DNA of 64,000 nucleotides from positions 4,944-68,943 of IMG/VR virus record IMGVR_UViG_3300037149_000094; one strand, 5' to 3'. The notes beneath the pieces were generated by a model. It was not told the origin of the DNA, did no database searches, and saw nothing but the letters and a program-made list of their open reading frames with translations. Position 1 is the stretch's first letter; every line of letters starts with the position of its first letter. A program made the translations under genes and the position numbers. This DNA is from a virus. Below, piece by piece: positions 1-8,089 of this stretch.

Positions 1-1493
1 TTCGGCTGATTGAAGCCCGGGGACTCAATATCGGCCTGAGAAATCCAGGTGAAGGGGCCCGCCGCGCTGGCGCCGGCAACCGTCGACGCGACAATGCGCG
101 AGTTCCAGTTGTAGGGACCGATTGGCAACCGCAGGCATTGGATAGGCCACCCGGATTGAGTGACGTTCAGTGCAACAGGACCCGAGTTCGAGAATCCTGT
201 CTGATACATGGAGTTCGTCTGGCCAAACACTGTGAGATAGCGGACGCCTGTATCTACATTGCCAACCGTCGCCGTGGTGGCCGCCGTGCTCGTCGAGGGA
301 AGTTCGACGCCTGTTGGGTATGCCAACACTGTGACGGTCGCGCCTGGGAGCACTGGATCTGGATTCACGAGTGCATAGTAGGCCGGGTCGATGATTTCGC
401 TCGGAGTAGCGCTCGACGTTGGATCGATGAAGGCGTAGAGGTTGAATCCTGTCGCGCCGTAGGTTGCGCCGAGCGATCCTGTGATCGCCAGATACGCGGG
501 AATGGCCGGCAGCGTCACCGTGAGGTCAACAGGACCTCCTGTGGTGTTTTTCCAGGTCAGCACCTTGGATGGATCGAGAACGCCTTTCACGTTGACAAGC
601 GAGTTGACTCCCTCGCCCACAGTGTTGACCATTGTGGCCGCGAGATACACCGTTGCTCCGTCGATGATAGGTGAAGCAAGATCAACGGTTGTTGTTGGAG
701 TGATCGGCGCGGGCGCGTCTGGTAACCCAGAGATAAAGATTGGCGTGCTTTCGGTCCATGCGGCCGTGTTGTCGGCCACTGTCCCGTTGTAGGTCGTCGG
801 CCACGTCGGCTGGCTGGCAGCGTTTCCGCTCGTCCCGGCTGTCGTGCAGCGATAGACGTATCCTGTCTGCTGCTCTACCCATGTTCCCTGTCCACCGGTC
901 TGCCCAAAGGTCTGGAACGTTGATGGGGAGACAATCTGGCCGACGCGATAGAACGTGTTCGGATTCCACGGCGCGGCAAAGGGAAGGTCAGATGCCGGGT
1001 AGAGTGTCGAGTCCGCAGAGTTGTAGATCAGGACAGGACCTTGAGGAAGAAGCAAGTCAGTGAGCGCCACCAGGAAATTGTTGAATGCTTGGCGCATCGT
1101 AGGGTTGAGTCCTGTCGGGATCGTGATGCCTGAATTTGTCGTGAATCCAGCGGTATTGAGCACCGTCGACGCAGCCTGGATGAACGGTGGGCAGGAATAG
1201 AGCGAACCAGTCACCGACCCGTAAGCGAAGATCAGGATGGTTTCGACAGCCTGGAGATTGAGTGTCCCTGGCTGGGCGGCGAGGTACCGAAGTAGGCCAC
1301 CGCCCGTCAGAGAGTTGTTGGCGCCGAAAGTCAACTGGGTAGAGTGGCCGAAGCGTGCGGCAACGGATTGTGCCGTGTACCGCACGTTCGTAGCTACGGT
1401 AGCCAGTCCGAGAGGGAGATTTACTGAATCATCCCACTGACAGGATGAACCATACCGCGGAATGACAATCGGCTTTGCACCCTCGAAATTGAT
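1..1493 (-). CDS. Virion structural protein, probable tail nozzle/stabilisation protein; 3' end runs off the window
   Basis: Open minus frame read by hand (INFEGAKPIVIPRYGSSCQWDDSVNLPLGLATVATNVRY...), T/G/P-rich and beta-like, downstream of capsid and adaptor genes. Absent from the ORF track because it has no stop in the window. The start appears to be ATC at 1493. Confidence 0.7.
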   Translation of the reverse strand, partial: MNFEGAKPIVIPRYGSSCQWDDSVNLPLGLATVATNVRYTAQSVAARFGHSTQLTFGANNSLTGGGLLRYLAAQPGTLNLQAVETILIFAYGSVTGSLYSCPPFIQAASTVLNTAGFTTNSGITIPTGLNPTMRQAFNNFLVALTDLLLPQGPVLIYNSADSTLYPASDLPFAAPWNPNTFYRVGQIVSPSTFQTFGQTGGQGTWVEQQTGYVYRCTTAGTSGNAASQPTWPTTYNGTVADNTAAWTESTPIFISGLPDAPAPITPTTTVDLASPIIDGATVYLAATMVNTVGEGVNSLVNVKGVLDPSKVLTWKNTTGGPVDLTVTLPAIPAYLAITGSLGATYGATGFNLYAFIDPTSSATPSEIIDPAYYALVNPDPVLPGATVTVLAYPTGVELPSTSTAATTATVGNVDTGVRYLTVFGQTNSMYQTGFSNSGPVALNVTQSGWPIQCLRLPIGPYNWNSRIVASTVAGASAAGPFTWISQADIESPGFNQP

Positions 1494-1518
1494 GGCTTTA
1501 CCCTCGGATCAACGTGGT

Positions 1519-2250
1519 TTAGATGCGACCCTTGGGGCCTTCCAAAAACAGCACGAACACGCCGGCCAGAATCTCAGCCGGATAGGCCCCTGTTGCCAGT
1601 TCCGTGTTCTCTGCGGTGAAGATGCGCAGTTTCCAGTTGTTGAGAGTTGTTCCTGGAACCAGGAGAGCACCAGCTCCAGCAGGGGACGAGCATACCTCAG
1701 AGTGAGTGATAATGCCCGGATAGCCGATGGTCGCATCCATCTGTCCGATGGTCGGCGTGATGGCCTGGAGATTCACCGTGTCGCCGCCGGGAGTGGTCTC
1801 GACGAGGCTGGATACCGTGATGGACAGGACCTCAGCGCCCTTGTTGGTTGCGATCGACAGGACCCCATTGGTGATCGTGCCGGTGTAGACCGAACCGCTG
1901 GCTGTGCCGAGCGCTCCGCCGGTGAGCGCCAGAGCCAAAGCAACCGCTGCCGCCGTGGCTGTCGCTGGAGTCGCACTGGTCAAGTTGGTGTAGGTCGCCA
2001 TATTGACGGCCTGGGTGCCCGCGCCGGTCCCGCCAGAAGTCGAGAACGTGACTGATCCGGAGAGAGCCGAGCCGACGATGAATCCTGCCGTAGGACCCTT
2101 CAGCGCGGCTCCGGCGGCCGATTGGGTGAACTGGGTTGTCGGGACCGCTGTCGTCGGGCCCTGATAGTTTCCGCTGGGCGTGGCGATGAGGTAGAGCTTC
2201 TTGGTCCTGAGTTCGTGGTTGACGGTCTGTACGGTAAGTGCGAGGGACAT
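1519..2250 (-). CDS. Virion structural protein (decoration or tail-associated)
   Basis: T/A/G-rich ORF starting MSLALTVQ, strong SD GGAGGAGG, located in the structural operon. Confidence 0.6.
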   Translation of the reverse strand: MSLALTVQTVNHELRTKKLYLIATPSGNYQGPTTAVPTTQFTQSAAGAALKGPTAGFIVGSALSGSVTFSTSGGTGAGTQAVNMATYTNLTSATPATATAAAVALALALTGGALGTASGSVYTGTITNGVLSIATNKGAEVLSITVSSLVETTPGGDTVNLQAITPTIGQMDATIGYPGIITHSEVCSSPAGAGALLVPGTTLNNWKLRIFTAENTELATGAYPAEILAGVFVLFLEGPKGRI

Positions 2251-2306
2251 GGTGAAGCTCCTCCTCCGGGTAGACTCCCCGGACACGCCGAGTTGATCTC
2301 GACAGT

Positions 2307-2319
2307 GGAAAGAGTAGCA
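2307..2319 (-). promoter_or_regulatory. Late promoter motif TGCTACTCTTTCC (extended -10)
   Basis: Same motif recurs upstream of six minus-strand structural genes. Confidence 0.7.
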
Positions 2320-2330
2320 TCATCGAAACT

Positions 2331-3056
2331 CTAGCTGAACGCCTTACCGCCGGCTGCGATGGGATAGGCCATGCCGCGCCGAGTCCCGCGGAAGTGGATC
2401 AACTGGGCCTGGGCGACCATCACCATGAGATTGCACAGATTCTGCTTGTCCCGCGCCAGACTCTTTTCGAGCCGGGGAACCAGTTTGCCCATGTTGTTGT
2501 TCAGGGAAGCAATCTCCAAAGCAACCTGTCGCGCCAGAATGAATCCCACGCCGCGCATCACACTCTGCGCATTGTCGGCATACACATCGGCCAGCGCGTA
2601 GAAATAGACGCGAATCGTTACCGGCGTGTAGCTGGGAATCAATTGGATCGAGCCCTGGGCCCACCGATACTGCCAGCATCCGAGATTGTCGGCCTGCACG
2701 TCATCGAGTTCGTCCACTGGATCAGATTGCAGGTAGGCGGTATCGGGCTGCCCCTGAATCTTCCAGTCGATCCGCTTTGGACGCAGGAACCACTGAAGAG
2801 GCATACCGGGCGCGAACTGGGGAGCTAAGTCAACCGGAGGGCATGTCCCGTTTTGGCCGGGCGTGGCCGACGGAAGATTGATGATGGCAATCTGTTCCTG
2901 TTGCTGGATACCGAGTCTTTCGAGGGTGATCTCAAAAGACTCGTTCTCCTGGTCGATGAATGGAAGGATGTAGGCGTTTGAGAACCGAGCATTGGCCGGG
3001 TCGTCCAGCATTACCCCGACGCGCTTTACGATCTGGCCAACAGTCAGTACCGCCAT
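2331..3056 (-). CDS. Putative head-tail adaptor / tail tubular protein
   Basis: 241 aa; N-terminal TVGQIVKRVGVMLDD helix pattern, size and position typical of podovirus adaptors. Confidence 0.55.
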   Translation of the reverse strand: MAVLTVGQIVKRVGVMLDDPANARFSNAYILPFIDQENESFEITLERLGIQQQEQIAIINLPSATPGQNGTCPPVDLAPQFAPGMPLQWFLRPKRIDWKIQGQPDTAYLQSDPVDELDDVQADNLGCWQYRWAQGSIQLIPSYTPVTIRVYFYALADVYADNAQSVMRGVGFILARQVALEIASLNNNMGKLVPRLEKSLARDKQNLCNLMVMVAQAQLIHFRGTRRGMAYPIAAGGKAFS

Positions 3057-3074
3057 TGAGTTTCACCCCGCAAG

Positions 3075-3087
3075 GGAAAGAGTAGCA
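3075..3087 (-). promoter_or_regulatory. Late promoter motif TGCTACTCTTTCC
   Basis: Exact motif copy about 20 nt upstream of the ATG at 3056. Confidence 0.7.
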
Positions 3088-3092
3088 CTGCG

Positions 3093-4346
3093 CTACTTCT
3101 CTTCTGCAGGCTTCTCCTTGCCTTTCTTGCCGGCAACAGCCTCTGCAACTGCCGTTGCGATTGCCGTTCCTGTCCTGGTGGCGTCGATTGATTTGTACTG
3201 GTCCTCCGCTTCCAGCAGGCGCATCGCGCTCAGGCTCCTAGGCTTGATACCGCCCTGCTTCAGCCGCGCCGACTTCTCCTCGATGGACTCGGCAACGTAA
3301 TCCGAGATGCCCATTTCCTTCAGGGTCCCGCGGGAGAGGCGTTCCAGCGACTCGTCCTCTTCCGTGATGGCTCCAATTTCGTATGCCTTCTTTGGATCAA
3401 GCACGTAGGGTCCGCGCATCCCGCCGCAACCAGGATTGGTGCAGGACACGGCGCCAGGTTCACAACGGCGCGCGCACTGCGGACAAGTTTCCGGCTTGGT
3501 GTCCAGGTCCCGCTTCTTTTCGACCCAATCCGGCAGAACCTGGATGTGTCCGAGCTGGTAGAGACGTTGTGCCGCAGCCTTCTCAGGAAATCCAGGGCGC
3601 TCATGGGCTCGCTTGCTGAGATCCATCGTGTTGCCGCGGCTGACACGCTCGAACATCCACGCTACTCCGCTCTGCCGCTTGGCCTCCAGCGCCTCTCCGT
3701 AGGTCATCCCGCCGTGCTGAGGCTCGGCGCTCCTGGTCGCAAGCCACGCAGGATCTTCGATCAGGAGTGCCATCCGGTGATGCACTTCCTCGTCGCTCAT
3801 CCCGTGGGTGCTGAAATTTCCCTGATAGATGAAAACTCCCTGGGGATTGGTGCCGCTGAAGTCGCTGGCCAACTGGATCGGAGCCCACTCGAAAGCCGTC
3901 GTCGGTGAATCAACGTGCTGTTTCGTGTTGTCGATGAAGTATTGCGAGAACACGTAGAGCGCATACGGCTCTTTGGACTTTGGCGGCTTGATCACGGCCA
4001 CTTTGAGTGGGAAGAGGTAGGAATCACTTCTCAGCTCAATCGGCAGGAAACTGACGACGCCGGCCGCAATGGTTCCGAGGGCTCTGATCCTGCCGCGCAC
4101 ACTGCGTTCACTGCGCTCGAATGCCGGATCAGTCTTGCGTCCCATGGCCTTGTGGTCTATCGCCGGCAAGTTCACCGTCTCCCGTGTGCCCTGCGGCGTC
4201 ACAACGGTTACGGCAACCTCGGCACCGATGCGCGGTCCGTTCTCTTGTCCCGCAAGATCGCGCTCGTGTTGCACTTCGGCTGGTGTGGCCTGTTTGGCGA
4301 TCGCGTCTCCCGTGTATCCCTTCGCTTGAAGGTCTCTGAGTTCCAT
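3093..4346 (-). CDS. Hypothetical protein with Zn-ribbon (CPQC...CTNPGC)
   Basis: Long ORF; SD AAAGGAG before MELRDLQ. Confidence 0.7.
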   Translation of the reverse strand: MELRDLQAKGYTGDAIAKQATPAEVQHERDLAGQENGPRIGAEVAVTVVTPQGTRETVNLPAIDHKAMGRKTDPAFERSERSVRGRIRALGTIAAGVVSFLPIELRSDSYLFPLKVAVIKPPKSKEPYALYVFSQYFIDNTKQHVDSPTTAFEWAPIQLASDFSGTNPQGVFIYQGNFSTHGMSDEEVHHRMALLIEDPAWLATRSAEPQHGGMTYGEALEAKRQSGVAWMFERVSRGNTMDLSKRAHERPGFPEKAAAQRLYQLGHIQVLPDWVEKKRDLDTKPETCPQCARRCEPGAVSCTNPGCGGMRGPYVLDPKKAYEIGAITEEDESLERLSRGTLKEMGISDYVAESIEEKSARLKQGGIKPRSLSAMRLLEAEDQYKSIDATRTGTAIATAVAEAVAGKKGKEKPAEEK

Positions 4347-4363
4347 CGAAGCTCCTTTGGCGG

Positions 4364-5101
4364 TTAGTTTCCGTAATGGCTGGTGAGTCCTGCGTGTTCG
4401 GCTGCCAGTGCGCGAGCGCGGCCGGCCTCCAGGTAGGTTGAGAAAAACGGCTGCATGGCTGTCATGTTCGCCGCCGATGAGTCCCGGCGCCACTCGGCGT
4501 CAATATAGTCCTGTTCCGCGCGCATCTCCGCATCTCTCTTCATGACGTAGGTCTCTGGGGACATTGACAGGACCTCAGTCTGCATCATGTCCCACATTTC
4601 AATGAGACGGTCGAGGAAGGGTCCTGTGGGAGCCTCTGGATAGGGCCTGAATCCCTCGCCCATCACCGAGATGTAGCCGCCGCGGTACGGGTATGGTCCG
4701 AGCTTCGGCAGACTGGTTCCCTGCACAAGCTGGCTGTTCCACCATTGCGGCGTTCCAAAGTAGGCCGGCGGCATCCAGCGCTCCAGCACCCATCCTGGGA
4801 AGTCTGCGAACTGAGCATACTTGAGTCGGCGGCGCATCTCTGTGACTTGGCGCTCGGCGACCGTGTTCTGTGTGAGGCCATTCCCAGTCTCGTCCGTTAC
4901 GAGTGTCCCGCGGGACTCAATAGGCAAGTTCGGGTCCCAGTCGCTCCACTCTCCCGCTGAGAACTGCCAGAGAAAAGCTGTGTGGACGAGGCGGTATAGC
5001 GGGTAGCCCATGAAGCACTCGCCATGGCGTTGGCGTAGGTACTCGTTCGTTTCGACGTTCTCTGGGCCAGAGTAGCCGTCGAGTTCGGCGTGATTCGGCA
5101 T
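4364..5101 (-). CDS. Hypothetical phage protein (W/Y-rich)
   Basis: 245-aa ORF directly after the capsid terminator; -10 box TGgTAGACT 7 nt before the ATG. Confidence 0.7.
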   Translation of the reverse strand: MPNHAELDGYSGPENVETNEYLRQRHGECFMGYPLYRLVHTAFLWQFSAGEWSDWDPNLPIESRGTLVTDETGNGLTQNTVAERQVTEMRRRLKYAQFADFPGWVLERWMPPAYFGTPQWWNSQLVQGTSLPKLGPYPYRGGYISVMGEGFRPYPEAPTGPFLDRLIEMWDMMQTEVLSMSPETYVMKRDAEMRAEQDYIDAEWRRDSSAANMTAMQPFFSTYLEAGRARALAAEHAGLTSHYGN

Positions 5102-5132
5102 GTGTCCTAGTCTACCAAACAGACAAAAGCAA

Positions 5133-5164
5133 GCCAGTGGAACCCTTTCGGAATCCCACTGGCC
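5133..5164 (-). terminator. Hairpin terminator after the major capsid gene
   Basis: GCCAGTGG/CCACTGGC stem followed by a T-rich tract on the minus strand. Confidence 0.6.
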
Positions 5165-5190
5165 ACTTCGATCATTGTTCAGCCGCTGGC

Positions 5191-6468
5191 TTAGTAGCCT
5201 ACAGGCTCAGGCAGACCGCTGATATAGCACTGGGTCTTTGTTGAGGAGCAAAAGTGCTGCTCGGTGTCGATCATGAACGATGCAAACGTTGCAGTGGGCA
5301 GTCCGTTGGTCCCGATCTGAGTGAAGATCGTCCGGCCCTGGTCATTGAACCAGAACGGGGAGTCGCCCCACTTGATCGAGTTCCAGCTTTCCCGATAGAG
5401 GAAGTCCACGCGGGACATGTTTGCGTGAATGTTCATCAGGAACGGGTTGCCGGCGGCTTTCATATCGCCAGTGGTCAACAGGTCGAATCCGGCGCCAACG
5501 CTTCCATCGGTGCGATAGAAGTTGGTCAACGATAGGCCGCTCTGCTCGTAAACAGCCTTCTGGCTCAAGTGCATGTGCATCTTGAACTTTCCGCTGGTCA
5601 CGGCCGCTTCGCCGATGGCCTGGATGATCTGGTCCAAGCCGAGACGGAACAGCGGGGGGGTCAAGCTGGAGCCGCCGGCTGCCACGCCATTGGACAGGAT
5701 GAAGTTGTTCGCTGCCTGGGTCCTGTCAATACCGATAGTCAATCCAGTGGGGCTGTTGTTGTTCCAGTACGGCAGGCCATAGACGAACTGCGGAGAACCG
5801 GAAACGAGACCGCCGAAGCGGATCACGTCACCCGCAACACCGTATGCCGTATCAACGGTCAAAATCTGCGCCCCGCCCAAAGGAGCCTGTACGGCTGTGA
5901 CATTGGACGTGTTGACGTAGTTCAGGCCGTTGTAGATATCGATGTTGTTGCCGATACCGAAGGTACGCGCGCCAAAGTCTGCGGAACTGAGGGTATAGGT
6001 TCCGCCAGCGCCGGTAGTCACGGCCGAGATGGTTGCCCAGTAGCCGGTCCCGTCGCCGTTGCACAACGCTTCATCGCGGGTGATGGCGAGTTCGTCAACC
6101 GCATCCGTCATGGTCTTATCGACCACGTTGGCCACGGCCAGGGTATCGCTCGATGTGGTGATGGCCGCCAACTGGGTCCATCCAACGGACACGGCGTAGG
6201 CGATGGGCTGAAGGAAACCTTCCTGCCAGGCCGGCGAACCCGGAGCGGGGAAGTTGGCCGAGCCGTCCAGATAGACCGCCGACCGCACGCCGGGGAGGGC
6301 ATTCTGGAACGTCACACGATAGGTGTGCTCGGAAACCTTCTGCGCCTTGGCGCCGCCCTTGAGGAACTTGTCGAGGGAGTGGTCCTTTTCCACCAGCAAC
6401 TGAGGCTGATTCCAGACACCCTCCAACATAACTGCTGCTGCTCCAACCGCTGCTTGAAGAGCCGCCAT
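5191..6468 (-). CDS. Major capsid protein (HK97 fold, probable)
   Basis: 425 aa; portal-scaffold-capsid order; GDGTG motif, GIDRT motif, highly biased codons, followed by a terminator. Confidence 0.8.
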   Translation of the reverse strand: MAALQAAVGAAAVMLEGVWNQPQLLVEKDHSLDKFLKGGAKAQKVSEHTYRVTFQNALPGVRSAVYLDGSANFPAPGSPAWQEGFLQPIAYAVSVGWTQLAAITTSSDTLAVANVVDKTMTDAVDELAITRDEALCNGDGTGYWATISAVTTGAGGTYTLSSADFGARTFGIGNNIDIYNGLNYVNTSNVTAVQAPLGGAQILTVDTAYGVAGDVIRFGGLVSGSPQFVYGLPYWNNNSPTGLTIGIDRTQAANNFILSNGVAAGGSSLTPPLFRLGLDQIIQAIGEAAVTSGKFKMHMHLSQKAVYEQSGLSLTNFYRTDGSVGAGFDLLTTGDMKAAGNPFLMNIHANMSRVDFLYRESWNSIKWGDSPFWFNDQGRTIFTQIGTNGLPTATFASFMIDTEQHFCSSTKTQCYISGLPEPVGY

Positions 6469-6542
6469 GAGTCACAACTCGCTGTCTCCGGGTCCTGTCC
6501 CGGTGGTGATCGTCAATCCTGAGTACGCAACGCGGGATAGAT

Positions 6543-8057
6543 TTAGGCTGCGATGCCGCGGGACTTTGCATGGGCAAGCATCATCCCAATGCGCGTTTCC
6601 GCTTCACCTTCAGGTGCCCGTCCGCCATTGGCTGCCTTGAACGCTTCGACTGCGCGCGCTTGCATCTGCGCGGCGTCTCCGGTTCCTGCGGCTGCTGGTG
6701 CGGGTGCCCTGCCTCCACCTACCTCGCTACGGGCTGCCTGCTCCCGTGCGGCCTGCGCTGCTGCGCGTTCATCGGCTTTCTTGCCAACTGAAACCCCCGC
6801 TTCCTTGAAGATCGGTCTTGCGATCGTCACAAGTTTGTCGCGGGTGAACTGAGCGGCCAAAGCAACTTCTTTCTGCCGTCTTGCCGCGCTCAGTGGTTCC
6901 TGCCGGATGCGGTCGAGTCGCGTGTAATACGCTGTCGACGCAGGATTACCACGCTTCAAAGCAGCCGTAAACGCCGCATTGATCTCACCCTCAACCGCCT
7001 TTAGTTCAAGGGGGCTTAGGGCTGTGGCCTGTCCCAGCAGTCCAGTGAGAGCGGTTTGGAACTGCGAGAGCGACTCGCCGTCGACCGCTGCCTGGTGCTG
7101 CTTGTACGCTTCCGTGGTGGCTGTCTGGCGCTCGGTGCGAATTCTCGCTTCCTGCGCGTCGAGTTCCGCTTTACGAGCCGCGAGAGCAGGGTCTGCGTTC
7201 TGGTCTTGATCCGCGGTGGAGGGCCGCAATCCTACACTCTCCATGACCAAATCGAAGGCTGCTGACACGTTCTCGTCGTTCAGTGCTTCTACTTTCTTTG
7301 CTACCTTGAGCGCAAATCCGCGCTCAAAGATCTTGTCCAAAAACTTGCCGGCGGTCCCGTCGGTGAGGACATTGCCGTTCGCATCCTTCCGAATGTTGCC
7401 ATCGGCGTCTCGCAGGGCCGAGCCTTCAATCAGTTTTGCGACAAAAGCGCTCGTGCCCTTCTCTACGTCACGACTGATCGAACTGTAGGCTTCGGCGAAC
7501 GCTGCGTGCTCGTTGGCCGTATCGGCGATGACCTTAGCCTCTTCCGGAGAGGCGAAAATCTGCTCGTATGGAGCCAGGCGCTCCGCAATCCGAGCATTGG
7601 CCAGAATCTCGTTCCTGATCTCGGCGGGGAGCGCGGCCTTAAGCGCAGGATCGGCGTCGAGCTTAGCAGCGAGGTCGCGGGCTCCGACAGGACTCTCTTC
7701 ATCAAAGGAATAGTCCTCGGTGTCCTGCGCGGCTGGGGCGGCATCATCTTCCTCGGCGTGGATCTCGTCCTGATCGGCAGGATTGGCTACCGAGGTGTCA
7801 GCCGGCTTCGGCTGTTCAACAACCGGCTCAGGCGTCTTCTCGCCCTGGGTCTTATTGAAAGCATCCACCATGGCCTGCTGCCGGGCATCGCTATCGAGTA
7901 CGGGAGATGCGGCAGGAGTCGAGGGCGTGGCTGCTGGAGATGGTGTTACGGGAGTCGTGCTGGCGGCAGGACTCGAAACGGGTGACGGCGAGGCGGCGGC
8001 GGGTGTGGATGCCGGGGCGGCGGCAGGGGCGGCGGGAGTGACGATAGGGCTGCTCAT
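6543..8057 (-). CDS. Scaffolding protein (probable)
   Basis: P/A-rich disordered and acidic N-terminus, helical coiled-coil C-terminus, between portal and capsid. Confidence 0.7.
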   Translation of the reverse strand: MSSPIVTPAAPAAAPASTPAAASPSPVSSPAASTTPVTPSPAATPSTPAASPVLDSDARQQAMVDAFNKTQGEKTPEPVVEQPKPADTSVANPADQDEIHAEEDDAAPAAQDTEDYSFDEESPVGARDLAAKLDADPALKAALPAEIRNEILANARIAERLAPYEQIFASPEEAKVIADTANEHAAFAEAYSSISRDVEKGTSAFVAKLIEGSALRDADGNIRKDANGNVLTDGTAGKFLDKIFERGFALKVAKKVEALNDENVSAAFDLVMESVGLRPSTADQDQNADPALAARKAELDAQEARIRTERQTATTEAYKQHQAAVDGESLSQFQTALTGLLGQATALSPLELKAVEGEINAAFTAALKRGNPASTAYYTRLDRIRQEPLSAARRQKEVALAAQFTRDKLVTIARPIFKEAGVSVGKKADERAAAQAAREQAARSEVGGGRAPAPAAAGTGDAAQMQARAVEAFKAANGGRAPEGEAETRIGMMLAHAKSRGIAA

Positions 8058-8060
8058 CGA

Positions 8061-8074
8061 GAAAAAGAGTAGCA
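8061..8074 (-). promoter_or_regulatory. Late promoter motif, giving a near-leaderless scaffold mRNA
   Basis: TGCTACTCTTTTTC lies 8 nt (from TACTCT) before ATG 8057, with no SD. Confidence 0.65.
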
Positions 8075-8089
8075 CGGAGATACAAATGC

